Below, piece by piece: positions 1 through 10,021 of a DNA stretch of 64,000 bases. The position numbers and the translations under genes are program-made. The notes beneath the pieces are model-generated. The model had not been told where the DNA came from, did no database searches, and saw nothing but the letters and a program-made list of their open reading frames with translations. The DNA comes from an uncultured Acidobacteriota bacterium (lineage in GTDB: Bacteria > Acidobacteriota > Vicinamibacteria > Fen-336): assembly GCA_963720545.1 (NCBI GenBank), contig OY970399.1, positions 768,001 through 832,000 on the forward strand. The letters run 5' to 3'. Each line of letters opens with the position of its first letter. The stretch's first letter is position 1.

Positions 1-2302
1 CGTTCTTCACCAGCCATGCGAGGCCCTCGACATAGAAGTTGTGCCAGCGCGAGACGCCGCTCGTCACGAGCGCCGCGTCCTGCAGCTCCGGGACGTACCA
101 GCCGGCGATGTAGTCCTGCTCGAGATGTTCGCGCAGCCACGGCGGGCCTCCGCCCGGTCCTGGCGCCAGCACCTCGTGCCCGAGGCTCAGGAGTGTGAAG
201 AGTTCCGGCGCGCGGTTCGTCAGCTCGCGCACCGTGTAATAGATCTTTACCTTCATGCCGCGGCGATGCGCGTCGTCCACGTACGCCTTCATCTGCGCGG
301 GACGGAAGAAGGGATAGTTGATGTAAGGGTTGATGTCGGTCGCGTGGTGGACGTTCACCACGTTGGCACCGGCTGCCGCGATCTCGTCGAGCGGCTTGTA
401 GGCGTGGTAGTAACGGCTCGCCCACTGCGCCTTCGGGTCGATGGCGCGGAACGGCGTCAGCAGCAGCCGCAAGCCGAAGTGCAGTGTTTCGCCCGCCGCC
501 ATGCGCCGCGGGCCGCCCGAGCAGGTGATGAGATACGTGGCGGCATCTTTCCGCGCCTCGAACCGGCAACTGCCTTTGCCGTCGTTCCACCAGCTGCGCG
601 GCATCACCAGCGGCTTCTGCCCGTAGAAGTTGGTGTTCAGCGGCCGCACATAGTGCTCGTCCTTCAGCGTGAACTGCAGGCCCGCGTTGACGTCGCCGAC
701 CCACGCCGAGTCCTGGTTGTTCTCGACCTTCCAGTTCCAGGTGAACGAATCGGGGCGCGCCCCACCCTTGCGGCCCATGCCGAGGAAGAAGCGGGCGACG
801 TCGGCACGCAGCGGAATCGTGAGGCGCGCATCGGAGACGTCGGTTGCGGCGCGCGCGCTGAGCGCGAAGTCGTATTCCATGCAGCCATCCGACTCGAGGC
901 TGCCCGTGGTCACGAGCTCGAGGCCGCCGCCCAGTGCCGCCTGCCGCCAGGCGCGCCTGCCGGGCGCCTGCACCGTGAGCGTGCGCGGCGCGGCCCGCAG
1001 CGCCACGTCTTTTCCCAGCACCTGCGCCGTGAAGCCGATCGGCGCCGCCAGCAGTTCGCGCGGCACCGCGCCGATGCCGGTCATCTCGGAGGTGAAGAAG
1101 CTGCGCAGGCTCCGCGGCAGCGACAGTGCGCCGAGCGCCACGTCGCGGCCGAGGATCGCGAGGCGGCCATCGGCGCGGGCGCGCACCGGTAGGTACGGCG
1201 CCACCACGGTGTCGTCCTGCGCCAGGCGCGAGTCGAGCCAGCGCAGCCGCGACAGCCGCTCCGGTTCGTCATCTCCGCGTGCGACTGCGGCCGCGCCGCC
1301 AACGGTGATTTCAATCGGCAGGCTGCCGTCGCCGAGGCCCGCTGCGAAGAAGTCGATGCGTCCTTTGTACGTGCCCGGGGCGACCGTGGCGGGAATGTCG
1401 ATGCCGAACCACAGGGACCGTACCTTGCCGGCCTTCACCGAGACGGCGGTTGCGAAGTCCTTGCCGTCGGAGTCGATGCCGCCGGTGTTGAAACAGCGAA
1501 TCGCCCGCGCCGCGATCACGGCACCACCGCTTGCCAGCAGGTCGGAGGGCCGGACCTGCAGCTGCGGCGTGTCGACGACGCCAAGCACGCCGACCTGGAA
1601 CGAGTAGAACTCGCCGCGCTCCGCATTGCCGTGAAACTGCGCGAACGCGCGGCCCTCGGCGAACGCCTGCGGCAGGTCGCCGCGCATGCGGATCGGCCGC
1701 GAGCGGTCTTCGCCGAACAGCAGGAACGAAGCACCCGGATGCTGGCGCACCAGCGCGCGCGTCTCCGCGGCGGTGGCAATCCGGTTCATCGGGTCCAGGC
1801 GATCGAAATCGTCTATCGATTCGAACGCGGTGACGCTCGCTTCGGGGAGCGCAGGATCGGCCGCCCACGTGGTGTCGGCGGCGGCGACCGGCTCGAGGTA
1901 GCGGGTCTGCGGATAGTTCTCGCGGCCCTCGAGGGCGAACGGCATGTAGTAGACCGCGTAGTCGCCGGCGCCGGCCTCGGGAACGAATGCAAGGACGCCG
2001 GTTTCGCGATCGATGCGCAGCCTGGCGACTTTCGCGACACGCTGGCCAGTGGCGAGTGCCACGACTATTGTGTCGACCTTCTGCGGCTCCGGATCGCGCC
2101 GGCGCCAGGGAATCGTGACGCGCACCGCAGGCGCTGCAACAGAGACGTGCACCAGAGCGCGGTGATTGCCGAGCGTCGCCGCGTCCCACCGGCCGGTCCC
2201 GAACCGCACCGAACCCAATCCCGCCGGGGCGGCCGCAGAACCAAAGACCGTCGGGGTCAGGAAGAGGAGAAGGGCGAGGCTAGTCCGGCGCGCCGAAGGC
2301 AT
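1..2302 (-). CDS. Secreted DUF6067-type (GH123-related) glycoside hydrolase-like protein, 3' end beyond window edge
   Basis: Absent from the ORF track because there is no stop in the window. Manual translation from ATG at 2302 gives a signal-peptide-like MPSARRTSLALLLFLTPTVFGSAAA, then GRWDAATLGNHRALV..IPWRRRD. The same frame at the left edge reads WLREHLEQDYIAGWYVP..DAALVTSGVSRWHNFYVEGLAWL. Confidence 0.7.
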   Translation of the reverse strand, partial: MPSARRTSLALLLFLTPTVFGSAAAPAGLGSVRFGTGRWDAATLGNHRALVHVSVAAPAVRVTIPWRRRDPEPQKVDTIVVALATGQRVAKVARLRIDRETGVLAFVPEAGAGDYAVYYMPFALEGRENYPQTRYLEPVAAADTTWAADPALPEASVTAFESIDDFDRLDPMNRIATAAETRALVRQHPGASFLLFGEDRSRPIRMRGDLPQAFAEGRAFAQFHGNAERGEFYSFQVGVLGVVDTPQLQVRPSDLLASGGAVIAARAIRCFNTGGIDSDGKDFATAVSVKAGKVRSLWFGIDIPATVAPGTYKGRIDFFAAGLGDGSLPIEITVGGAAAVARGDDEPERLSRLRWLDSRLAQDDTVVAPYLPVRARADGRLAILGRDVALGALSLPRSLRSFFTSEMTGIGAVPRELLAAPIGFTAQVLGKDVALRAAPRTLTVQAPGRRAWRQAALGGGLELVTTGSLESDGCMEYDFALSARAATDVSDARLTIPLRADVARFFLGMGRKGGARPDSFTWNWKVENNQDSAWVGDVNAGLQFTLKDEHYVRPLNTNFYGQKPLVMPRSWWNDGKGSCRFEARKDAATYLITCSGGPRRMAAGETLHFGLRLLLTPFRAIDPKAQWASRYYHAYKPLDEIAAAGANVVNVHHATDINPYINYPFFRPAQMKAYVDDAHRRGMKVKIYYTVRELTNRAPELFTLLSLGHEVLAPGPGGGPPWLREHLEQDYIAGWYVPELQDAALVTSGVSRWHNFYVEGLAWLVKN

Positions 2303-3752
2303 GCTGGGCGGTGAGCTTCATCGAGACCGGCATCCCGTTCAAGCGCGCCGGGGTGAACTTCCACTTGCCGACGGCTTCGACCACCGCGCTGTCGAGGAGC
2401 GGCCCGGCCGACACCACCACGCGCGCATCCCGCGCGTCGCCGCTCTCGCTCACCCAGAATTCCACGGTCACGGCGCCGCTGACGCCGCGGCTACGGGCAT
2501 CCTCAGGATGCACGGGCGTCTCGCCGGAGATGCGCACCGGTGGAATCACGCCGGGTCCGAACGGCACCAGCTTGCCGGGCCAGGTGGCCGGCGACTGGTC
2601 GGGCGGCAGCGTCGCCATCACCATGCGCACCGGATGCTGGTTCGACAGCTCGGTCTGGATGGTGAGCGGCTGGTGGCCCTTCGCCTGGAAGCGCACCGCG
2701 TGGCCGCCAAGCCGCGTGTCGAGCTTGGCGATCGGCGTCTGGCCGACCTCGTAGCCGTCCACGAACACTGCCGCGCCCGGCGGTTCGCTGTCGAGGATCA
2801 GCACGCCCTCGCGGCGCGCCTCGGCGTCGTGCGAGGAGAAGGTGTGCGGACTGACCAGGAGCGTCCCGCCCTCCGGGGGCGCCGCCTCGCTGGGAGCCGC
2901 GGTTCCGGGCGTCGCGGCCACCAGGTCGAGCACCGGATCGAGGGCCGCGAGCAGGTCGCGCGCGAACTCCGCCGCGGTCGGGTACCGCTTGGCCGGGTTC
3001 GCGGTGAGGCCGCGCTCGAACACGCGGTTGATCGCCTCCGGCAGGCGCGCGTCGCGCGTCCGCGGCGGTTGGAACTTCTCCTGGACGGCGAGCGAAACCA
3101 CCTCGGTGATGGTCTTGCCGGGGAAGGGCGCGCCGCCGGTGAGCATCTCGTAAGCGACCGCCGCGAGCGAATAGACGTCGGCGCGGCCGTCGACGGTGCC
3201 GCCGGTCATCTGCTCGGGCGCCATGTACTGGATCGAACCCATCACGGTGCCGATCACGGTGAGCTTCGAGTCGTCGAGCCGCGCGACGCCGAAATCCATC
3301 ACCTTCACGACGCCATCGTTCGTCAGCATGATGTTCGCCGGCTTCACGTCGCGGTGGATGATGCCGTTCTGGTGCGCGAAGTCGAGGGCGCCCGCGGCGC
3401 CGAGCACCACGGTGGCGATGCGCCGCAGGCTCATGGGTGCGCCGCGCCGCAACGTGGAAGCGAGGGTCTCGCCCTCGAGGTACTCCATGACGAGGAAGTT
3501 CGGGCCGACGTCGAACACCTGCACGATGTTCGCGTGGCTCATGCGGCCGGCGGCCTCGGCTTCGCGGCGGAAGCGCACCTCGAACTCGGCCGGCGCCGAC
3601 TCGAACTCCATCGGCACCTTCAGCACCTTGATCGCGACCGGCCGCCCGAGACGGCTGTCCATCGCGAGGAACACCTCGCCCATCGCGCCGGTGCCCAGCT
3701 CGCCAAGGACCTGGTACCGGCCAAAAGCCGACGGCAGCGACTTCGAAGCCAT
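2280..3752 (-). CDS. Ser/Thr protein kinase with PEGA and TonB C-terminal domains
   Basis: Kinase motifs GTGAMG, VAIK, HRDVKPAN, DFG and YMAPE. PEGA-like LILDSEPPGAAVFVDG..GQTP. TonB_C-like P.HPEDARSRGVSGAV...AVGKWKFTPARLNG. Start chosen at ATG 3752. Confidence 0.9.
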   Translation of the reverse strand: MASKSLPSAFGRYQVLGELGTGAMGEVFLAMDSRLGRPVAIKVLKVPMEFESAPAEFEVRFRREAEAAGRMSHANIVQVFDVGPNFLVMEYLEGETLASTLRRGAPMSLRRIATVVLGAAGALDFAHQNGIIHRDVKPANIMLTNDGVVKVMDFGVARLDDSKLTVIGTVMGSIQYMAPEQMTGGTVDGRADVYSLAAVAYEMLTGGAPFPGKTITEVVSLAVQEKFQPPRTRDARLPEAINRVFERGLTANPAKRYPTAAEFARDLLAALDPVLDLVAATPGTAAPSEAAPPEGGTLLVSPHTFSSHDAEARREGVLILDSEPPGAAVFVDGYEVGQTPIAKLDTRLGGHAVRFQAKGHQPLTIQTELSNQHPVRMVMATLPPDQSPATWPGKLVPFGPGVIPPVRISGETPVHPEDARSRGVSGAVTVEFWVSESGDARDARVVVSAGPLLDSAVVEAVGKWKFTPARLNGMPVSMKLTAQHAFGAPD

Positions 3753-3766
3753 GGGGAGTTGATGGG

Positions 3767-3776
3767 AGGCTAACAT
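3767..3776. promoter_or_regulatory. Overlapping divergent -10 elements between the kinase and SRAP genes
   Basis: Plus strand TAACAT at 3771-3776 lies 6 nt before ATG 3783. Minus strand TGtTAGCCT at 3775-3767. The intergenic gap is only 30 bp. Confidence 0.45.
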
Positions 3777-3782
3777 TTTCAT

Positions 3783-4433
3783 ATGTGCGGCCGAGTCACC
3801 CTCTCCACCCCCGCGGACATCATTGCGGCCCTCTACGACATCGAGCTCGGCGAGATGCCGGAGGCCTTGCCGCGCTACAACATCGCCCCGACGCAGCCGC
3901 TGATCACTGTGCGCAACGACGGTGACGGAAATCGTGCCTCGACTTACACATGGGGCTTCCTGGCGAACAAGAAACTGACCATCAACGCCCGCCAGGAGAC
4001 GGTGGCGCGCCTGCCCCTCTTCCGCGACGCGTTCGCCCGGCGCCGCTGCGTGGTGCCGGCCGACGGCTTCTACGAGTGGCAGACGCTCGGCAAGCGCAAG
4101 CAGCCGTTTCACTTTCACAAGCGGGACGGGTCGCTCTTTTCGATTGCTGCGCTCTGGACCCCGGCGGCCGATCCGCGCGAGACGCCGCGCGTCGTGCTCC
4201 TGACGACCGCCGCGCGCGGCGAGATCGCTTCGATCCACGACCGCATGCCGGTGATCGTGCCGCGCATGAACCTCGCGGAATGGCTGTCGCCGGACAGCCG
4301 CCACACGCAGCTTTTCTCGCTGCTGCACGGCAGCGACGCAGAGGTATTCGGCACTTCGGTGAATCCGGCGGTCAACAACGCCGCCTACGATTCGCCCGAC
4401 TGCCTGAAGCCCGCGCCGACCTTCCTTATCTGA
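3783..4433 (+). CDS. SOS response-associated peptidase (SRAP / YedK / HMCES family) abasic-site protector
   Basis: N-terminal MCGR (Cys2), RYNIAPTQ, INARQET, RRCVVPADGFYEW, IHDRMPV and a C-terminal VNN. Confidence 0.95.
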   Translation: MCGRVTLSTPADIIAALYDIELGEMPEALPRYNIAPTQPLITVRNDGDGNRASTYTWGFLANKKLTINARQETVARLPLFRDAFARRRCVVPADGFYEWQTLGKRKQPFHFHKRDGSLFSIAALWTPAADPRETPRVVLLTTAARGEIASIHDRMPVIVPRMNLAEWLSPDSRHTQLFSLLHGSDAEVFGTSVNPAVNNAAYDSPDCLKPAPTFLI

Positions 4434-4438
4434 TGGAC

Positions 4439-4447
4439 TGCTAGAGT
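4439..4447 (+). promoter_or_regulatory. Extended -10 element
   Basis: TGcTAGAGT 11 nt upstream of ATG 4459; no Shine-Dalgarno. Confidence 0.45.
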
Positions 4448-4458
4448 CCGCCACGAAC

Positions 4459-5475
4459 ATGGCCAAGCCGACACGCCGCCGCCGCCACAAGACGCCGCCC
4501 ATCCTCTTCGAGAAAACGCAGGCGCTGCAGCGGCGCATCGAAAAGCACACCGGCGGCACGTTCCTCACCTACTGGATGTCGCCCAGCGGATCGGTGTGCG
4601 ACAACGACGTGATGGCGATGAGCGAGCTGCTGAACACGATCGGCGGCAGCCGCCCGATCACCTTGTTCGTCAAGTCGGATGGCGGCAGCGGCATGGCCGC
4701 GCTGCGCCTCGTGCACCTGCTGCGCACCCATGCGCGCCGCGTGACGATGGTGGCGCCGCTCAACTGCGCCTCGGCCGCCACCATGCTGGCGCTCGGCGCC
4801 GACGAGATCGTGATGGGTCCGCTTTCGTACCTCTCCGCGGTAGACACCTCGCTGGAACACGAGCTGGGCCCGGTGGACCACACCAACACCCTGGTGCCGG
4901 TGAGCAATGACGAAGTGGAGCGCGTGATCCGCCTGTGGGGCGAAGCCGACGGCCGCCGCGGCGGCGGCGTGAACCCGTACCAGGAGCTCTACAAGTACCT
5001 GCACCCGCTGGTGGTGGGCGCCCTCGACCGCGCCAGCAGCCTGTCGCTGCGCCTGTGCCGCGAGATCCTCGGCTACCACATGAAGGACCGGCGCCGCGCC
5101 GAGAAGATCGCGCGGCAGCTGAACTCGACCTACCCGGCGCACCAGTACCCGATCACGCGCCGCGAGGCGCGCGCCCTCGGGCTGCGGGTGCGCGACCTCG
5201 ACCACACCCTCGACACGCTGCTGCACGAGCTGAACGCGGCGTATTCGGAGATGGGCCAGCGCGCCATCACCGACTACGACGAGGAACATCACCACGACAA
5301 CGAGATCACCAACATCGTCGAGGGCCGTGGCCTGCAGATCCTCTACCAGGTCGAAAAGGACTGGCACTACCGCAAGGAGGAGCGCCGATGGGTCTCGATC
5401 AACGACGTCTCGAGCTGGTACAAGTGCCAGCTCCGCGGCCGCCGCGTGGTGAAGACCAAGTTCCACATCCGCTAG
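4459..5475 (+). CDS. SDH-family ClpP/crotonase-fold serine protease
   Basis: S.GG (KSDGG), PLNCASAATMLALGADEIVMGPLSYLSAVD (Ser, Asp) and H.YPI..EA..LGL (His). Confidence 0.8.
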   Translation: MAKPTRRRRHKTPPILFEKTQALQRRIEKHTGGTFLTYWMSPSGSVCDNDVMAMSELLNTIGGSRPITLFVKSDGGSGMAALRLVHLLRTHARRVTMVAPLNCASAATMLALGADEIVMGPLSYLSAVDTSLEHELGPVDHTNTLVPVSNDEVERVIRLWGEADGRRGGGVNPYQELYKYLHPLVVGALDRASSLSLRLCREILGYHMKDRRRAEKIARQLNSTYPAHQYPITRREARALGLRVRDLDHTLDTLLHELNAAYSEMGQRAITDYDEEHHHDNEITNIVEGRGLQILYQVEKDWHYRKEERRWVSINDVSSWYKCQLRGRRVVKTKFHIR

Positions 5476-5478
5476 GCG

Positions 5479-5700
5479 TCACGCGGTAGTGGTCGCCGTG
5501 AACCCCTTCCGCTCCGCGCGGTGGTAGGCGGTGTAGGCAGCGATCAGGTGGCAGATCCAGCCGAGCGTGCCGCCGCTCCCGATCCAGAAGCCGGGCGTGA
5601 TGATGAGCCAGAAGATTCCCCGCAGGAAGTCTCCGTTGTAGATTTGGCCCACTCCAGGAACGATGAGGCTCAGGACAGCCGCATTCCCCGCCTTGGTCAT
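5479..5700 (-). CDS. Small membrane protein, 73 aa (TM2-like; A.LS..PG.GQ.YNG motif)
   Basis: MTKAGNAAVLSLIVPGVGQIYNGDFLRGIFWLII...; purine-rich SD (GGTGGAGCGGAG) before the ATG. Confidence 0.8.
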   Translation of the reverse strand: MTKAGNAAVLSLIVPGVGQIYNGDFLRGIFWLIITPGFWIGSGGTLGWICHLIAAYTAYHRAERKGFTATTTA

Positions 5701-5739
5701 CTCCGCTCCACCTTTCACGAGAGGCACACGTTGCCTTCG

Positions 5740-7475
5740 ATGAAAACAACGAAACCGGTCTCGCGGTTGTTCCATCTCACCGCGGCCTCGTTGCTCTTCG
5801 CCGGCGGCACCCCTTTCGCTCGCGCCGCCGATCCGGATCCGCTGAAGCTGTCCCTCTCCCCCGGCAGCGTGGCACTCCTCATTGAGCGCTCCGCGGAACC
5901 TGCCGTGCAGGAGCGCTGGCGGCAGGGCTGAAGACGCGGAGCCCGAAGTGCGGGCCGCGGCGTTGCGCGTCACGGTGACCACGGCGGCGATGGCGCCGAC
6001 GCCCTGCGGCTGCCAGCGGTGAGCGCGGCATTCGCCGCGGAAACCGATACAGATGTCGCGCTATGAAGAGGCGACGAAGTTTCTGAATAGGATCGCGCGA
6101 CCGCCGGGCGATGACGATGCGCGACCGCATTCACCGGTAAGACCAGCGGCGCGCGGCGCGAGGCGCTTCTGTGGGCGCACGTATCGATCGCCGTCCGCGC
6201 CGAGTCGGCATCCAGTTCCGGGTTCCGGGCTGACGCTGACCCCCAAGGAATTCGGAGCTATGCGGTCGCGGCAATTGCACAGGATCCCGAGCTGATGGAC
6301 CCATGGCTCGGGCCGGCGGTCCTGCGCGACGGTCCAGCAACTGTGGTTACAGATCTCAGGTGGGGCGACACCCGGCGCCTGGCCGCGGCGGGGATGCAGC
6401 GAGCGGCGACCCAGTGCAGACGATACGGGCTGGCAACGATTTTCTATCGTCGCCGGCATGCGGCCGGCGACATGCTGGCCGTGATATCCTGGACGGATGC
6501 GTTGCCGCCGACCGATCCAGTGGAGCCTCTCGCCGCGAATTATGCGGCGCTGCCTCTTGAAGCAGGCTCCGCAGGACATTGCAGACGTCCTGTCGCGGAT
6601 GCGCCGCAAGCCGCGCTGCCGGACTTGTTGACTCGCATGGTTGGGCCCGGATCGTGTCGCTGGCGAGCCTTGACGGGATTCGGAGCAACGGCGCTGGCAG
6701 CTGTCCTCGGCGTCGATGAGGTAGCGCTCAGAAGGCGGGCAAGGACCGGCGCCGAAGCGGATGTGGATTCCCGAGGAGTCCGCCGGCCTAAGATCCAAGA
6801 AGCAAGTCGTAAGGCCGGCATCCGCACCGTCGGGCCGTTTCCCGATCGCTTCGTCGCGCGATGTACTGGCAGTTACAGGTTGCAAGGTCAATGACGGCAT
6901 AGCTTTGCAAGGCGCGCTATCGAGGGGCCTGGGCGCGGTCGCGGCGCTGGAGTACGAGTTCCGCGGGGTCTCGGTTCGCAGTGTGAACAAGCGGCGCGTG
7001 TTCTGTTGAAGGCCGACCTGCCGCGGGGCACGAACCGGCGAGATCGTGGTGTTGACCGCGCGGCGGGAATTCCTGTCCTGCCTCTCGGATGCCCGTATCG
7101 CGATGCCGATCGCGCCGACGAATGACGACAACGTGTCATTCAGTCTTGATGGGCCACATGTCGGCCGCCAGATCGGCAGGAACAGCGAAGTCGTGCACAA
7201 GCGTCGAACCGGTATACCCGGAGCCGCACGTCAAACAGGAACCAAGGAGTCGTTATTCTCGGCGCCGACGCGTTGCCACCGGGTGCATCGTCCCTGGAGA
7301 ACGTGCGCGCATCGGCGCCGCCCGACTCAACACCGCCGCATTCTGCGCGGTCAGCCAGTGGACCTATCACAGTCATGCCAACTGTGGCTGTGCCGACGGA
7401 GCGCCGCGGTTACCTGCTCAGGCCCATTGACCCCCAAGACGATCGCTGAATGGCGACGAATTCAAGCTCCAATAA
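5740..7475 (+). pseudogene. Multiply frameshifted gene for an exported HEAT-like / TonB C-terminal domain protein (pseudogene or sequence error)
   Basis: Signal peptide MKTTKPVSRLFHLTAASLLFAGGTPFARA. After a frame change, HEAT-like EDAEPEVRAAALRV. TonB_C pieces are spread over three frames: VEPVYPE / AARQTGT / QGVVILGA / LNTAAFCAVSQWTY / DGAP / EFKLQ-stop (TAA 7473-7475). Confidence 0.65.
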
Positions 7476-7539
7476 ATCCGAACCTTCGGGCGGCCCAAGG
7501 CGTTCCAGCTGGCAAGAACGCATTCGTCCGGGAGGGGCC

Positions 7540-10014
7540 ATGGATTGGTTTAGGCGGGACCTGAGGGTGGCGGCCAGGATGCTGGCCAAGGACCGGGCGT
7601 TTGCGCTGGCGGCGATCCTGACGCTGACCCTCTGTTTCGCGGCCAACATCGCGCTCTTCTCGGTGGTCCACAACGTCCTGCTGCGGCCGCTGCCCACGCC
7701 CGAGTCGGACCGCATCGTCCTGATGGCGAACATCTACCCCGGTGCCGGGGTGGGCGGGGCTTCCGGGCAGAACTCGGGCGTGCCTGACTACTACGACCGG
7801 CTGCGCGATACGAGCGTCTACGAGTCCCAGTCTCTCTCGCGCAACTCCGACGCCAGCGTCGACTTCGGCGGCGTGCCGACACGGACCTCCGGCATGGCCG
7901 TGACGCCGTCCTACTTCCAGGTGCTGCGCGCGGATGCGGAGCTGGGGAGGCTGTTCCTCGCCGAGGAAGGCGAGCCGGGCAACGAGAAGAAGGTGGTCCT
8001 GAGCGATGCGCTGTGGCGCAGCAAGTTCGGCGCGGACCCGGGCGTCGTCGGCCGCGACCTGCGGCTCGACGGCACGCCCTATGCCATCGTCGGCGTGGCA
8101 CCGCGCTCGCTCGAATCGCTGAACCATGAGGCGGCGTTCTACCGGCCGCTGGCGTTCACCGCCGAGGACCGCTCCGACCAGAACCGCCACAGCAACAGCT
8201 ACCAGAACATCGCGCGGATGAAGCCGGGCGCCAGCCTCGAGCAGGCGCAGGCGCAGATCGACGCGCTCAATGCGGCGAACCTGCTGCGCTTCCCCGAGTA
8301 CAAGGAGATCCTGACGAACGCCCGCTTCCGCACGCTGGTGAAGGGCTGGCAAACGCACCTCACCGCCCGCATCCGCCCCACTTTGATGCTGCTGTGGGGC
8401 GGTGCCTTGTTCGTGTTGCTCATCGGCTGCGTCAACGTCGCGAACCTGGTGCTGGTGCGCGCCCGGGCCCGCCTCAAGGAAATGGCGACGCGCCGCGCGC
8501 TTGGCGCCGGCCAGGGCCAGCTCGTCCGCCAGCTGCTCGTCGAAGGCTGGCTCCTGGCGCTGGTCGCCGCCGCCGGCGGGCTGCTGCTCGGCTACTTCGC
8601 GCTGAAGATGGTGGGCACCGCCGCGGTCGAACACCTGCCGTACGGCGCGCAGGTGGGCCTCGACGGCACCGTGCTGCTCTACGCGCTGGCGCTGGTCCTC
8701 ACCATCGGCACGCTCATCGGCGTCATCCCGGTGCTCGGCACCCGCAACGCCCCGCTGAGCGCCGTGCTGCGCGAGGAGGGCCGCTCCACCACCGTGGGTC
8801 GCGGCGCGCGCCGGCTGCGCCGCAGCCTGGTGGCGGCGCAGGTGGCGTTCACGTTCGTGCTGCTCATCGGCGCGGGCCTGCTGAGCGCGAGCCTGCGCAA
8901 GGTGCTGCAGGTCGATCCCGGCTTCAACCCCGACAACGTCCTGACCGCCTCGGTGCAACTGCCGGCGACTCGCTACGCCAACGATCCCGCGATCGTGAAT
9001 TTCGTGGACGAGGCGGTGCGTCGCATCCGCGCCGTGCCGGGAGTGACGGCGGCCGGGGCTACCGACCGCATCCCGTTCGGCAACTCACAGAACGACAGCG
9101 TCATCCTGGCCGAGGGCTACCAGATGCAGCCCGGCGAGTCGCTGATCTCACCGCAGTACGTCAACACCTCACCCGGCTACTTCGAGGCCATGGGCGCGAG
9201 ACTGCGGAGCGGTCGCTTCTTCGACGAACGCGACTCGGCCAAGGCGCTGCAGGTGATCATGGTCGACCGCAGGCTGGCGCAGCGCTTCTGGCCCGGCCAG
9301 GATCCCGTTGGCCGGCGCATGTACCGGCCCACCGACCTCAACGACTTCACGGCGGTCAGCGAGAAGACCGTGTTCCGCACGGTGGTCGGCGTCATCGAGG
9401 ACATCAAGCTCAACGACATGACCGGTGCCGGCGAGGACGTCGGCGCGTACTACATCCCGGTCGCGCAAGACTCCGGGCACCGCTTCACCTTCGCGGTCAA
9501 GACGAGCGTGCCGCCGGAATCGGTCGTCGGCGGCGTGCGTGCCGCCGTCGCCGCGCTCGACAAGGAGCTGCCGGTGTTCGACGTGCGTACCATGAGCCAG
9601 CGGGTGGACGATGCCTTGGTCGGCCGGCGCACGCCCGCCCTTCTCTCGATGGGCTTCGGCATCACGGCGCTGGTGCTCTCCGCCATCGGCATCTACGGCG
9701 TGCTCGCCTACCTGGTGCTGCAGCGGCGCAAGGAGATCGGCATCCGCATGGCGCTTGGCAGCACCACGCAGGCGATCTTCCGCATGGTGCTGCGCGAGGG
9801 CGCCGGCCTCGTGGCCATCGGCCTCGCCATCGGGCTCGGCGGCGCCTTCGTCTTGCGCAAGGCGCTGGACGCGGAGCTCTACGGCGTGCGCGCCACCGAT
9901 CCGCTGGTGGTCGGCATGGTCGGCATCGTGCTGACGCTCGTGGCGCTCGGCGCGTGCACGCTACCGGCGCGCCGCGCCACCCGCATCGACCCGACGACCG
10001 TCCTCTCCGAGTAG
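7540..10014 (+). CDS. ADOP-type duplicated MacB/FtsX ABC permease
   Basis: MDWFRRDLRVAARML.. start with GGAGGGG SD; two periplasmic plus FtsX halves (IGCVNVANL, KEIGIRMALG); ends PARRATRIDP. Confidence 0.92.
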   Translation: MDWFRRDLRVAARMLAKDRAFALAAILTLTLCFAANIALFSVVHNVLLRPLPTPESDRIVLMANIYPGAGVGGASGQNSGVPDYYDRLRDTSVYESQSLSRNSDASVDFGGVPTRTSGMAVTPSYFQVLRADAELGRLFLAEEGEPGNEKKVVLSDALWRSKFGADPGVVGRDLRLDGTPYAIVGVAPRSLESLNHEAAFYRPLAFTAEDRSDQNRHSNSYQNIARMKPGASLEQAQAQIDALNAANLLRFPEYKEILTNARFRTLVKGWQTHLTARIRPTLMLLWGGALFVLLIGCVNVANLVLVRARARLKEMATRRALGAGQGQLVRQLLVEGWLLALVAAAGGLLLGYFALKMVGTAAVEHLPYGAQVGLDGTVLLYALALVLTIGTLIGVIPVLGTRNAPLSAVLREEGRSTTVGRGARRLRRSLVAAQVAFTFVLLIGAGLLSASLRKVLQVDPGFNPDNVLTASVQLPATRYANDPAIVNFVDEAVRRIRAVPGVTAAGATDRIPFGNSQNDSVILAEGYQMQPGESLISPQYVNTSPGYFEAMGARLRSGRFFDERDSAKALQVIMVDRRLAQRFWPGQDPVGRRMYRPTDLNDFTAVSEKTVFRTVVGVIEDIKLNDMTGAGEDVGAYYIPVAQDSGHRFTFAVKTSVPPESVVGGVRAAVAALDKELPVFDVRTMSQRVDDALVGRRTPALLSMGFGITALVLSAIGIYGVLAYLVLQRRKEIGIRMALGSTTQAIFRMVLREGAGLVAIGLAIGLGGAFVLRKALDAELYGVRATDPLVVGMVGIVLTLVALGACTLPARRATRIDPTTVLSE

Positions 10015-10021
10015 CTCGAAG

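Noticed and set aside
3753..3782. LexA/SOS box upstream of SRAP
   Set aside because: No CTGT-N8-ACAG, GAAC-N4-GTTC or GTTC-N7-GTTC pattern is visible.
5930..7475. Diversity-generating or programmed hypervariable region
   Set aside because: The damage is indels in all frames, not adenine-specific substitution; no reverse transcriptase or template repeat is present.
7540..10014. Orphan ABC permeases lacking an ATPase as a novelty
   Set aside because: This is the known behaviour of the ADOP family in Acidobacteria.
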